Below, piece after piece: positions 1-13,060 of a DNA stretch of 64,000 bases. Location of the stretch: assembly GCF_963921235.1 (NCBI RefSeq), contig NC_086109.1:9054001-9118000 (forward strand). The letters run 5' to 3'. The number at the start of each line of letters is the position of its first letter. Within the stretch, counting starts at the first letter, position 1. Under the pieces are notes generated by a model. It was not told the DNA's origin. It worked only from the letters and a program-made list of their open reading frames with translations, and made no database searches. The position numbers and the translations under genes are program-made. Origin of the DNA: Mobula hypostoma (taxonomy: Eukaryota).

Positions 1-2495
1 GACCAAAACTGCACACAGTACTCCAGGTATGTTCTCACCAGGGCCCTGTACAGCTGTAGAAGGACCTCTTTGCTCTTATACTCAATTGCCCTTGTTATGA
101 AGGCCAGCATGCCATTAGCTTTCTTCATTGCCTGCTGTACTTGCATGCTTGCTTTCAGTGACTGATGTACAAGAACACCTAGATCTCGTTGTGCTTCCCC
201 TTTTCCTAACTTGACTCCATTTAGATAATAATCTGCCTTCCTGTTCTTACCACCAAAGTGGATAACCACACATTTATCCACATTAAACTGCATCTGCCCA
301 CTCACCCAGCCTGTCCAAGTCACCCTGCATTCTCATAACATCCTCCTCACATTCCACACTAACACCCAGCTTTGTGTCATCAGCAAATTTGCTAATGTTA
401 CTTTTAATTCCCTCATCTAAATCATTAATATATATTGTAAACAGCTGCGGTCCCAGCACTGAACTCTGCAGTACCCCACTGGTCACCGCCTGCCATTCCG
501 AAAGGGACCCATTAATCACTACTCTTTGTTTCCTGTCTGCCAGCCAATTTTCAATCCATGTCAGTACTCTGCCCCCAATACCATGTGCCCTAATTTTGCC
601 CACTAATCTCCTATGTGGGACTTTATCAAAGGCTTTCTGAAAGTCCAGGTACACTACATCCACTGGCTCTCCCTTGTCCATTTTCATAGTTACATCCTCA
701 AAAAATTCCAGAAGAATTAGTCAAGCACGATTTTCCCTTCGTAAATCCATGCTGACTCGGACCGATCCTGTTACTGCTATCCAGATGTGTCGTAATTTCA
801 TCTTTTATAATTGACTCCAGCATCTTTCCCACCACTGACGTCAGGCTAACCGGTCTATAATTCCCTGTTTTCTCTCTTCCTCCCTTCTTGAAGAGAGGGA
901 CAACATTAGCCACCCTCCAATCCACAGGAACTGATCCTGAATCTATAGAACATTGGAAAATGATTACCAATGCATCCACGATTTCTAAAGCCACCTCCTT
1001 AAGTACCCTGGGATGCAGACCATCAGGTCCCGGGGACTTATCAGCCTTCAGACCCAACAGTCTATCCAACACCATTTCCTGCCTAATATAAATTTCCTTC
1101 AGTTCATCCATTACCCTAAGTCCTTTGGCCACTATTATATCTGGGAGATTGTTTGTGTCCTCCCTAGTGAAGACAGATCCAAAGTACTTGTTCAACTCGT
1201 CTGCCATTTCCTTGTACCCCATAATAAATTCACCCATTTCTGTCTTCAAGGGCCCAATTTTGGTCTTAACTATTTTTTTCCTTTTCATATACCTAAAGAA
1301 GCTTTTACTATCCTCCTTTATATTCTTGGCTAGTTTACCTTCGTACCTCATTTTTTCTCCGCGTATTGCCTTTTTAGTTACCTTCTGTTGCTCTTTAAAA
1401 GTTTCCCAATCCTCCAGCTTCCCACTCGTCTTTGCTATGTTATACTTCTTCTCTTTTAGTTTTATACTGTCCATTACTTCCCTTGTCAGCCACGGCCTCC
1501 CCTTACTCCCCTTAGGATCTTTCTTCCTCTTTGGAACGAACTGATCCTACACCTTCCGCATTATTCCCAGAAACACTTGTCATTGCTGTTCCACTGTCAT
1601 CCCTGCTAGGGTATTGTTCCATTGAACTTTGGCCAGCTCCTCCCTCATAGCACCATAGTTCCCTTTGTTCAACTGTAATACTGACACTTCCGAGTTTCCC
1701 TTCTCCCTCTCAAATTGTAGATTAAAACTTATCATATTATGGTCACTACCTCCTAATGGCTCCTTTACCTCGAGGTCCCTGATCAAATCCGGTTCATTGC
1801 ACAATACTAAATCTAGAACTGCGTTCTCTCTGGTAGGCTCCAGTACAAGCTGTTCTAAGAATCTATCTCGGAGGGACTCCACAAACTCACTTTCTTGGGG
1901 TCCAGTACCAACCTGATTCCTCCAGTCTACCTGCATGTTGAAACCCCCATAACAACTGTAGCATTACCTTTGTGACATGCCAATTTTAACTCTTGATTCA
2001 ACTTACACCCTACATCCAGACTACTGTTTGGGGGCCTGTAGATAACTCCCATTAGGGTCTTTGTACCCTTAGAATTTCTCAGTTCTATCCATACTGACTC
2101 TACATCTCCTGATTCTATGTCCCCCCTCGCAAGGGACTGAATTTCATTCCTCACCAACAGAGCCACCCCACCCCCTCTACCCACCTGTCTGTCCTTTCGA
2201 TAGGACGTATTCATTTCCCAGGCCCTGTCCACTTGAAGCCATGTCTCTGTTATTCCCCCAACGTCATACTTACCAATTCCCAACTGTGCCTCAAGCACAT
2301 CCACTTTATTTCTTATACTCCGTGCATTCATATACAATACTTTTAATTCATTACTCCCCTCACCTCCCATATCAATTCCTATTTCACTTGGCCATACTGT
2401 ACGATCCATTCTTGAGCTTTCTGCTCAGTTGATTCTGTTGTCATTCTTAACTTTTCTTATTCTCACTTTCCCTTTATCTCCATCCTTATATTTCC
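1..2495 (-). mobile_element. CR1-clade LINE, ORF2 (APE endonuclease + reverse transcriptase), frameshifted; continues off the left edge
   Basis: Minus-strand ORFs 1927-2409 (LKVLYMNARSIRNK, ITETWL, GVIYRPP), 1580-1936 (GSDHN), 698-1474 (KSPGPDGLHPRVLKE, NYRPVSLTS) and 283-687 (YLDFQKAFDKVPH, KFADDTKL) are consecutive broken pieces of a CR1 ORF2. Confidence 0.95.
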
Positions 2496-3059
2496 AGACA
2501 CTTAGGTGGATTTTTACAGAAGTAAAGGTAACTTGCCTCAGGACATTGTATGACCAGATAATTCCTTATTTGAACCTTTGTCTAGCATTCTCAGAGAACA
2601 ATGTCTAACATTTTAGAGAACAATGTACAATTAGTCCACTGCATCCTGCATGACGACTTCAAGGTAAAGCTTAGCAATCAGTTTCTCAGTATTTAGTGGA
2701 ACTCCAGCAACGCTACCGAACAGCAAGGTAGCAAAAATATGTCCTTGAGCAGCTACACATTCTACCTAAGTGTTAGTTCTCAAAAAATGCATATATCAGG
2801 CAAGCTGTCCCAACCGCAGTCATATAAAAATTCTCAGAACAAGGAAGTACAGAGAGTTATTTTTATATCTTGGTTGTGAGGCACATTTCAGTCACACAGA
2901 GTACATTAGTTACAGATAAATGATTATAGACTTCAAATTCACATTTTAAAACAAATCATTAGCCCCTCAATGCCCATTACAATGCAAGGCCTTGATATTT
3001 TCATCCTCACATCCATACCTCTCTCATCCGTGTAGCTATCCAAACTTCTCTCTGAAATC

Positions 3060-3745
3060 TAAATTACGTCCGCCATTTGCACTGGCAGCTTGCTCCACAC
3101 TCCCACCACCCAGTGAAGAAGTTTCCCCTGCCACCCTTAACCCACGACTTCTAGTTGTAGTATCACCCAAACTCAATGGAAAAAGCTTGCTTGCATTTAC
3201 CCCATTTATACCCCTCATAATTTTGTACACCTCTATCAAATTTCCTCTCAATCTTCTACATTCCAAGGAATCAACTGAATCCTATTGAATCTTTCTTAAT
3301 AACTCAGCTCCTCAGAACCGGCAACATCCTTGTAAAATTTCTCTGTACTCTTTCAACCTTATTTACATCTTTCTTGTGTGCTTCTGTGTGTGTGTGTGTT
3401 TGTGTTCGCACGCGCACGCCCTTAGCTCTTGGTGGAGTTGTCGAGGCGCTGTTATGACAAGCTTTTTTTTTTGGTATGCTCATCGTACGGTGTGTCTTGG
3501 GCATCTGAAACCTGGCGGAGCCCATCCTTGGCACAGATGGAGAGCCGGCCGGATTCGAACTCGGGACCTCTCGCCCCGAAGTCCAGCGCTGAGGCCACTA
3601 CGCCACTAACCAGTTTCTTGTTGGTAGGTGACCAAAACTGCACACAATACTCCACATTAGGCCTCACCAACATCTTACACAACTTCAACATAACGTCCCA
3701 CGTCTTGTACTCAATACTTTGATTTACAACAGCCAATGCATTAAA
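3060..3745 (-). mobile_element. CR1 LINE 3' ORF2 fragment, interrupted by a SINE
   Basis: Translates to LVRPNVEYCVQFWSP ... DVNKVERVQRNFTRMLP ... RRLRGNLIEVYKIM, the CR1 C-terminal motifs. Confidence 0.85.
3378..3613 (-). mobile_element. tRNA-derived SINE with 8-bp TSD
   Basis: Minus strand has A-box TGGCGTAGTGG and B-box GAGTTCGAATCC, a non-tRNA body and a (CA)n tail. Direct repeat TTTCTTGT flanks it at 3370-3377 and 3614-3621. Confidence 0.85.
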
Positions 3746-4539
3746 AGCTTTCTTTACATTCTTGCAGTAAGTTAGAAGGTTGGCACAATATTGTTGTGTT
3801 GAAGGGTTGTACTGTTCTAAGATCTAATTTCACTGCAAAGGGGCAACCACCTAAATTTGTTCAATGTCCACCGATCGCAGATGATAAAAAATCAGTGCAC
3901 AGGGATGTTACAGAAGGAAAAAGCACAAAGCATCCAGAGCAACACACACAAAATGCTGGAGGAACTAAGCAGGCCAGGCAGCATCTATGGAAAAGAGTAA
4001 AACAGTCAGCGTTTTGGGTCGAGACCATTCACGGTTCATAGTAGACTAAATGCGGTGGAGATTTGGGGAGGGGGTCAGAGACGGGGTAGAAGGGCCAAGG
4101 CTTGGTGGAAAGGTGGAGCCTGAGGAAGAGAGAACGGCGGGGGGGGGGGGGGAGAGACAGGGGAATGTGGAAGACAGAGAAATGAATGGGAGAGGAAGAT
4201 GGATGGGTAGGGCGGGAAGGTGGTTGGGGGAAGATGAAAGGGGTGCTAGGGGATTTAGGAGGGAGGAGGATATTGGGAGTGGATGGGAGGACAAGGTGAG
4301 GATAAAGGGGTGGGGTAGTTCGGACTAGATGAAAGGGTTACAGGAAACGAGGAAGGGTGGGGAAGAGACGATAGGAAGAATTGGGAGTAGGTGAGGAGGG
4401 AAGGGTGGGGTTATGGAGATGGAAAGGGAATGAGAGGGTGTGCGGATGGAGAGGAATAGGTATTATAGGGTGAGGGTAGAGGAAGGAGATAGATGAAAAG
4501 GCAGTCCAGGGTGATCCGATTACTGGCGGAGGAAGATGG

Positions 4540-4830
4540 TGTCCCTGCCGACTGGTTTCCCCCATCCCCTCCCCTCTCACCTGCGGAAGTCATTCCTGTC
4601 GGCCATCACAGCCGCCACCGCCCTCAGCGTCGCCAACCATCCCCGGTCCGCAGCCTCGTCTTTCTTTCCCGGCGCCATCTCCTCGTGTGATGGCGGACCA
4701 CCGAGCCCGTGCACCCAAGACGCAGCAGCGGCGTCACATCGGGTTGCGCGCCGGCTGGAACACCAGAGCTGGAACGTCGGTTCCGAGTCGAATTGAAATT
4801 CCGCGCTGTTGTGGGCTCTGACGTCACCGT
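4540..4830. promoter_or_regulatory. CpG-island promoter with perfect CRE palindrome
   Basis: Dense CpG in a CpG-depleted background. TGACGTCA at 4819-4826; YY1-like GCCATCT/GATGGCGG motifs at about 4674-4696. Confidence 0.7.
4581..4678 (-). CDS. Putative first coding exon of an unidentified minus-strand gene (MAPGKKDEAADRGWLATLRAVAAVMADRNDFR..)
   Basis: Lies in a CpG island. ATG at 4678 has Kozak context (gagATGg); a second in-frame ATG is at 4606 (gtgATGg). Strong donor CAG|GTGAGA with GT at 4580-4579, phase 2. No downstream exon found in the window. Confidence 0.6.
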
Positions 4831-6983
4831 TCCCCTCTGCCTCCACAGATGCTGCCTGACCCACCAAGTTCCTCCAGCCGTTTGTTTTTCTGCTTTTGTT
4901 CGCTGCAAAGCTCACACTTCCATGAAAACAAAACCCTACAGAAACACAAACACAAAATGTTGGAATCGGAGTTGGTTTATTATTGTCACGTGTATGCTAG
5001 TCCTGCATACTGTTCATTCAGATCCGTTCATTACACACTCAGCAGATCAGGCAGCATCCTCCTTCCCAACCTCACACACCGACAGTCCTCCATCTTCAGG
5101 GCAGGCTTCCAAGTCCCCAGTTTCCAGGCTTCACCCATCGGGTGGCGACCTTCAGGCTTTCAGTCGACCTTCGGGCTTTGATCCTCAGTATCGGCTCCCA
5201 GACTAGCCACTGACAGGACCCCGAACTCCAGCCACTCTGAACCATTGGCCTTCGTGCCTTCTGCTAGCACGGACGCTGTGCCTGCTCCTCGCCGTGAAGC
5301 TGGCCAGATTGGGTTACGTTTCAGTTCAGTGATAGAAAATAAATGTTGTGGTGCGTGCTAAGTAGTCATTGTACTGAAGGGTTCAGAAGTGGTTGGAAAC
5401 AGCACTGTGTTGTGTGTGATTCATTGACTGGGGTGTTGTCACCTAATGTCTTTAATAAGTAGCTTTCAACTGTGTTCCTAGTTAATCACTGTTCTGCCGA
5501 AAGTCAAAGTAAATGTATTATCAATGTACATGCCTACCTTACCATATGCCACCTTGAGATTCACTTTTGTGTGGGCATTCACATTAGAATCAATGGAAAA
5601 TCACACACAACAAATATGGACAAACAACCAAAGTGCAAAAGACAGTAAACTGTGCAAAAATGACAAGAGAAATAAAGAGCAAAATAATAATAGATAGATA
5701 GATAGATAGATAAATAAATAAACAAATAAGGAATGAGTATCAACAACAGGGGTTGTAGAGTCCTTGAAAGCGAATCCATATGTTGTGGTTTCAGTTCAGA
5801 GTTGGGTTTGAGTGAAGTTGAATGAAGGGATTGGTTTTGTTGCCTGAGTATTTATTTCTCTACTTTTTTCTGTTATTTTGGGATCCTTTTGTGGTGTTTT
5901 TGGCTTTGGTACTTTGTGAGTTTGGGATCTCAAATGTCCCTTAAACCATAGCCAGCCTTTGAACTCCACACCCAGTATACGGACCAATGTTTCTAAATTG
6001 TATGAAGCAATGTATTTAATTTCTCCTACTGCCCACTCTCTTCTTCTATCAGATTCTTTCTTCTCCAGCCTTTGACCTTTCCCACCCACCTGGCTTCATG
6101 TATTACTTTCCATCTAGCCTCCTTCCCCTCCCCCCATCTTTTTATTCTGGCATCCTTCTCAGTACAAAAAAAAAGGGTCTTGGCCCAAAACGTCAACTGT
6201 TTACTCATTTTCATGGATGCTGCGTGACCCGCTGAGTTACTGCCGCATTTTCTGTGTGTTGCTCAGGATTTCCAGCTTCTGCAGATTTTCTTGTCATTGT
6301 CCCATGCCAATCATCCTGGGTGGGGGGGCGGGGCGGGTCTCCACTATCACGTGACACACTGGTGTTCTCTGCTGCCCCCTTTGGCTCCTCCTGGTATTCC
6401 AGCCCCAGTGAAGCTGAACCTGAATTAATTTCCCTCCATGGATACTGCCTGACCTGCTGAGTTCCTCCAGCATTTTCTGTGTTGCTCTGGATTTCCAGCA
6501 TCTGCAGTCTTTCTTGTATTAATGTATTTAAATTTTAATCAATTAATTTAATTTGAGCATTTTATTTTGAACTAAAGACTTTAAACTGAGAAGTAAAGCT
6601 TTAATTGTGGAGAATGACCTGATTTTTTAACCAACCTACTGTCTGATCATTGTGGGGAACTAGAGATAAAAAGTGGCCTTGAAGATGAAGTTGTCTAATT
6701 TTAAATCAATTAAGCTTTAAATAAAAGTTTTAGCTCAACGTACAGTTAAGAAATTGCCTTTGTTCCATGCACCTTAAATGAAAATGATTTGTGTTGTTTG
6801 GCATTGATTCAAACATGCATTAAAGTGGGGTGTAGTTCACCAGAGTGTCCTCTTGGGGTCCTCTGTTCGAATAGCCCTTCCATCGTGCTGATTGGTCCAT
6901 TTAAAGATTGCAGTGGTCTTTTCCCATTGGTTGGCTGTGGGCGCAATGGAGCCCTTCTCCAGTTCTGGGCACCCTGGAGGTAT

Positions 6984-7459
6984 AGAAGATAGCATGTGCA
7001 GTGGGTTCAAAGGGGGTAAAACAAGAAGGGAAGGAATTATATTGACTCAACTCGGAATTGGGCATACTATGCTTAATTATAACTTGCTGGAAAGCATATC
7101 TCTGGGTGTGTAGGTTTAGTCATCATTATGAACCAGCTGGACACATTTTTTTACAATGTGAAGCATGCGAGGTTGAAAGAAAGCAAATGCAGGCTGCACT
7201 AACTAACTTTGGGGCTTGACAGTTTTCATTTGAAAACTTTACTAAGTTATGAAAATGACTCTAATTTAATTCAGACTATTGTCTTTCATTATGTACAATC
7301 TGTAGGGCTTTTTGGGGTAATTTAGTTTTCTAAAGAGCTAGTAGGGGTTTTATTTCACAACTTCGACACCACACTCCAGTCCAGTTGGTGGTGGGAATGC
7401 ACCTTTAAGTTGGGCTGCCAACCGCCATTAAAAGTCAGAGGAAGAAGTAGAAGAAGAAG
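6984..7459 (+). mobile_element. 3' fragment of an I/Nimb-like LINE with (GAA)n tail
   Basis: Encodes RREGIILTQLGIGHTMLN, resembling the RxExxLTRLRIGH motif of I-group elements. Ends in GAAGAAGTAGAAGAAGAAG. Sits inside LTR-like sequence that ends ...CACGTTACA near 7766. Confidence 0.6.
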
Positions 7460-10004
7460 GGTTCGTTGTCTTCCTCTCCTACCACCCACGGGTCCTGGCT
7501 TCAGGCTGAATTTGCACCCACGGTTTTGTAGCATACTTACAACTTGGTTTTAATAATTCGGGGATGTTTAGCAGAGTATCTGCTCATTTAAAGGGTAACT
7601 GAATGTACAGTGCAGTGGTTTTGGGTAGCTTAGATGAATACTCGTTTAGCTAGATGCCTGATTTAGTGTTTCACTGTTTGTTCATTAAATACCTCACATA
7701 CCTGTTTTCAAATCTCTGTCCCCCGTTTCATTGATTGGATCCTTGAACCTGCCCTCCCACGTTACAGAGAAGGACAGCTCAGTTTAATGTCCACACTCAC
7801 AGTGGTTGTCAAGGAGAAAGGAAGCACAAACTCCATAGCGTAAGACCATATGACATAGGAGCAGAATTAGGCCATTCGGCCCATTGAGTCTACTCCACCA
7901 TTTCATCATGGCTGCTTTATTATCCCTCTCAACCCCATTCTCCTGCCTTCTCCCCGTAACCTTTGACACTCTGTCTAATCAAGAACCTGTCAACTTCCAC
8001 TTTAAATATACCCAATAACTTTGTCTTCACAGCCGTCTGTGGCCATGAATCCAAACAGCAGAGGTAATTGAATGCCCATGCCCCAACTGCCTTTTGGAGG
8101 CACTCCCTTTTGAAGGTGTCCTTGATGTTCCTCCCAGAGGGGTGAATACCCAAGTAGGGGTAATATTGGGGCGTTCTGATACCAACAATGATCATCTGTG
8201 TGTTCCTTCCACCCGGTGGTTCTGGATCCTTGATTTAGAAGTCCAGCTCTCCTCCTTTGCCGTATCGGGTATTGTGCCTGATTTAGAGTCACAGAATCAC
8301 AGACAACACAAAAACAGGCTATTCAGCCCAACTCATCCATACTAACCAAGATGCTGTTGGATTGGGTGTAGAATGGCTATTTTCCTTGACTTATTGCTTG
8401 TATTTTTATATAATCACCTATATAAATGCAATTGTTCAGTGAAATCTCCAGTAGTTACAGCCACAGTTGCTTCTGTATTTTCCTAGAAACTAATTATTTT
8501 TCCGCCGCAGAGGTCACACACACTGAATCTGTCTATTCTGGTGGTTAACTGTTATCACAGGCATATTGTTAATCTCATGGTCAGTGCCCACGGTCTGCTC
8601 TTTATCAAATTACGGTATTGCTTTGCACTGTTGTAACTATATGTTATAATTATGTGGTTTTTGTCAGTTTTAGTCTTGGTTTGTCCTGTGTTTCTTGTGA
8701 TATCATTCTGGAGGAATGTTGTATCATGTTTTAATGCATGCATTTCTAAATGACAATAAAGGAGGACTGAGTGTCCTCATAACCTAATCTAATCTAATCT
8801 CTACTCTGACCACAACTTCTTTTAACCCTCATCTTTTCCTTCTTTAATAAAACAGTTGTAAGCAGTAAGTTTTATGCCTCACTCTTGACTTGCGAAGAAC
8901 CTTGGGATCAGAAAAGCATCCAGACCCAAAAATGCCCATTTTGCCTCTTTCAGAGCTGGCGGACTTCAGCTTCCTAACTTTCCTTGGAGAATTTTAACAG
9001 GTAAGAATTACCCAGTCCAATCTGTCAGACAATTTTATCATAAGACCATTAGACCATTAGACATAGGAGCAGAATTAGGCCATTTGTCCCATCAAGTCTG
9101 GTCCTCTGTCTGTAAGGAGTTTGTATGTTTTCCCCGTGACTGTGTGGGTTTCCTCCAACATTTCAATGATGTGTGAGTCAGTGTTAATTGGTCACAGGGG
9201 TGTAATTCGGTGGTGTAGACTTGTTGGGCAGGAAGGACCTGTTGGTGTATCTCCAACTACAAATAAAATACTGTAAATTCAGGGATTGAAACAAATGCTG
9301 CAAGATTTCTGACATAATCTTTATGTTAGCATTTCTACTGGTATAGAAGATGTTATAGAAAGTTGTAAACGGGACTACATTATGTTTGTAAAATTACAAG
9401 GGGCATCGAGAAAGCAGCTGATAATAGATATTAATTTCTCCCTATGGCAGGATGCCCCCAAAACATGGGGAAAAGGGTTAAAGTTGAGAGGGTAAAGTTT
9501 TAAAAGGGGCTTGAGGGGCAATTTTTTTCACAGAGGATCGGGCTGCCAAAGGAGGTGGTTGAGGCCAGTGCAGTAGCAACATTCAGAAGACATTTGGACG
9601 AGTCGATGGAGGGGACAGGTTAGTGCAGGGGTGCCCAACCTTTGTTATAGTATGCACCCCTACTGTTATCCAAGGGGTCTGTGGACCCCAAGTGTAGTGC
9701 TACGTAGCATTGCACACCAGCATAGCAGTTGGTGTGACTGCTTCAGCGATCTCTAATCAGGGTTTGGTTTCTGCCGCTGTCTGTAAGGAATTTGTACGTT
9801 CTCTGTGTGTTTCCTCCGGGTGCTCCGGTTTCCTCCCACATCGGTTAGGGTTAGTGAGCTGAGTGTTGCTGCCAGAAGCGTTTCAACACTGGCGCGTTGG
9901 ACCCAGGACAACCCTTGGACCGCGATAAGTCGTGGAACACAAAACAACGTATTTCGCTGTACGTTTCACTGAGCATGTGACAAGTGAAGCTAATCTCTTT
10001 AGAG

Positions 10005-10084
10005 CAGGGATTCCCAAACTTTTTTATGCCATGGACCAATACCAATAACTGAGGAGTCCACAGCTCTTAAGTTGGGAAAACTTG
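10005..10084. mobile_element. 80-bp hAT (Charlie-type) MITE
   Basis: Imperfect TIRs CAGGGATTCCCAA / TTGGGAAAACTTG; 8-bp TSD CTTTAGAG at 9997-10004 and 10085-10092. Related copies near 9565 and 54595. Confidence 0.7.
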
Positions 10085-10859
10085 CTTTAGAGGTATATGT
10101 GCCAAACAATGGCTGCCTTGGTCAGCATGGATGAGTTGGGCCGAATGGCCTGTTTCCATACTGTTTGACTCAGCGCCAACATGGTATAATAATAATAATA
10201 ATAATAATAGTAATAATAATAACTTTATTGATCCTGAGTGGGAAATTATATCAGGTGAAGAAGCAATGGACAACAATGAGTTATAAATGATGCTTGGAGC
10301 AGACAACAGGTTGAAGCAAGACAATGGCCAAAAACAGCAGATATGAAAGGTCAAAGTACCAGATCAGAAACAGAATCAGAATCAAGTTTATTATCACCAG
10401 CATGTGCCATAAAATGTGTTAACTTAGCAGTCGCAGTTCAATTATAGAAGAAGAAAAAAATGATAATAGTAATACTAAATAAATAAGTAAACCAATTACA
10501 GTACATTGAATAGATTAAAAATTGTGCAAAAAACCCAGAAATTATATAAATTTAAACGGTGAGGTAGTGTTCATGGGATTAATGTCCATTTAAGAATCAG
10601 ATGGCAGAGGGGAAGAAGCTTTTCCTGAAACGCTGACTTATCTTTCAAGAGTTATCAAGTGTTATCTTTGAGACAGACAGATAACTGGATAAAAACTGTT
10701 AATTAATTCTAGCAGGAATGCACCAGTGAGATACAGCTCGCAAAAGGGGACATTAGTTAAGTCAATAAGGAATGGACTCTTTGAGACGAGTAAATTGACT
10801 GTCCCTGAATCTACCTGTTACAAGAAGAGCATCAGAAAGGCTGAAACATCGACAAGAGG

Positions 10860-11215
10860 ATGGCATTGTACTGGAGTGGCATTGTACTGGGGTGGCATTG
10901 TACTAGGGTGGCATTGTACTAGGGTGGCGTTTTACTGGAGTGGCATTGTACGGGGGTGGCATTGTACTGGAGTGGCATTGTACTGGGATGGCATTGTACT
11001 GGAATGGCATTGTACTGGAGTGGCATTGTACTGGGGTGGCATTGTACTGGAGTGGCATTGTACTGGAGTGGCATTGTACTGGGGTGGCATTGTACTGGAG
11101 TGGCATTGTACTGGGGTGGCATTGTACTGGAGTGGCATTGTACTGGGGTGGCATTGTACTGGGGTGGCATTGTACTGGAATGGCATTGTACTGGAATGGC
11201 ATTGTACTGGAGTGG
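10860..11215. repeat. Minisatellite, 16-bp unit TGGCATTGTACTGG(A/G)(G/A), about 22 copies
   Basis: Directly visible tandem array; it produces the WHCTGVALYWGGIVLE-type repetitive ORFs. Confidence 0.95.
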
Positions 11216-11449
11216 AACCAGGGAATGAGATTCTGATGGGAAGAACTCTCCAGGGAGGATATAGGCAGAACTGCTAAGGATTAGAAATGACAAATAATTC
11301 AGGAGATCATCAGAGAAATTGTCTCACTGTCTTGCCCGCTGATGGGAAGATCTTAGATTAGTGTGTGAGGGCGAAAATAGGGCCGAAGTGTTGAGGATTA
11401 GAAATAACAAGGTTTAATACCTCAGGAAACAGTTAGTGATGTGCAGTCC

Positions 11450-11850
11450 ATACTCAGTGGCCACTAACTAGGTACCTCATGTAGCTAATAAAATGGCCAC
11501 TGAGTGCCTTTCTGTATGTCTGTGGTCTTCTGCTGCTGTAGCCCATCCGCTTCATGGTTCTGTGTGTTATCCATTCGGAGACGCTGTGCTGCACATCACT
11601 GTTGTAACTGTGGTTATTTCAGTTACTCTCATCTTGAACCTGTTTGCTCATTCTGGAGAAAAGAAAGGATCAGCCATGATTGAATGGTGGAGCAGACTCA
11701 ATGGGCCGAATGACCTAATTCTGCTCCTATGTCTTATGGTCCTATTCTTCTCTGACCTCTCTCATTAACAAGGTGTTTTTGCCCACAGAACTGTCGCAAA
11801 CTGGATATTTTTTGTTTCTCACACCATTCTCTGTAAACTCTAGAGAATAT
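11450..11850. mobile_element. Degenerate Tc1/mariner-like non-autonomous element
   Basis: Begins TACTCAGTGGCCACTAACTAGGTACC with an internal inverted TGGCCACTGAGTG; resembles Tc1-type termini. Confidence 0.45.
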
Positions 11851-12559
11851 AGGTACATCCTCCCCACCACTGGTGGAATTTATAGGAGACACTGCCTCAG
11901 CGAGACAGCATCCATCTTCAAAGATCCCCATTGTTAAGATCACGCCGCCTTCTTGCAATTAGCATTGGGCAGGAGGTACAGAAGCCTGAAGTCCCATACC
12001 ATCACTGGGGTCAAGAACAGCCTTTAAGCACACAGTTCTTGAACCAACCAGCAAAACCTAATCACTACAGTTTAGCAACACTATGATCACTTTGCATTAA
12101 AATTGACTTTTTTTTGTTCTAATTGTATTCTTCCTTGGTATTTCTTTCACAGGTAAAGCCCTCCCCACCTTTGGGCACATCACACGAAATGTAGTTTTAG
12201 GAAAGCAGCATCCATCATCAGGGACACAGGACATGCTGTCACCTCACTGCTGTCATCGAGGAAGGTACAGAAGCCGCAGGTCCCACAGCACCGTATTCTG
12301 GAACGTTACCCCTCAACCATCAGACTCTTGAACCAAAGAGAATACAGTAACTTCACTCAACCTCACTTGCCCTGTCTTGTCCACAACCTATACTCACTTT
12401 GAAGGACTCTTCATCTCATGTTCTTGATATTTATTGCTGGTTATTCCAGAATCAGAATCAGGTTTATTATCACGGCATGTAACGTGAAATTTGTTAACGG
12501 CAGCAGCAGTACATAATCTAGCAGAGAGAAAGAAAAAATTTTAAAGTAATAAACAAGTA

Positions 12560-13060
12560 AATTAATTATGTATATTGAATAGATTTTAAAAAGTGCAAAA
12601 ACAGAGATACTGTATATTAAAAAAAAGTGAGGTAGCGTCCAAAGATTCAACGTCCATTTAGGAATTGGATGGCAGAGCTGTTCCTGAATCACTGAGTGTG
12701 TGCCTTCAGGCTCTGTATCTCCTACCTGACGGTTACAGTGAGAAAAGGGCAAGCCTTGGGTGCTGGAGGTCCTTAATAATGGACGCTGCCTTTCTGAGAC
12801 ACCGCTCCCTGAAAATGCCCTGGGTACTTTGTAGGCTAGTGCCCAAGATGGAGCCGACTGGATTTACAATCTTCTGCAGCTTCTTTTGGTCCTGTGCAGT
12901 AGCCCCTCCATACCAGACAGTGATGCAGCCTGTCAGAATGCTCTCTACTGTACAAATATAGAAGCTTTTGAGTGTATTTGTAGACATGCCAAATCTCTTC
13001 CTAATAAAGTATAGCCGCTGTCTTGCCTTCTTTATAACTACATGGATATGTTGGGACCAG
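12560..13060 (-). mobile_element. Rex/Babar-type LINE 3' RT fragment
   Basis: KKARQRLYFIRK..FY.CTVESILTGCITVWYG..KAASIIKD..HP motif set. Confidence 0.8.

Noticed and set aside
2500..3050. Second exon of the minus-strand gene
   Set aside because: The best acceptor found (..ACTAACACTTAG near 2766) gives an immediate stop in the required phase; no supported exon.
3545..3613. tRNA-Arg gene
   Set aside because: The acceptor stem is not clean and the sequence continues into a SINE body with tail and TSD.
10726..11293. Repetitive ORFs on both strands; CRISPR-like periodicity
   Set aside because: Contiguous 16-bp units with no unique spacers and no cas genes; the ORFs are by-products of a stop-poor unit.
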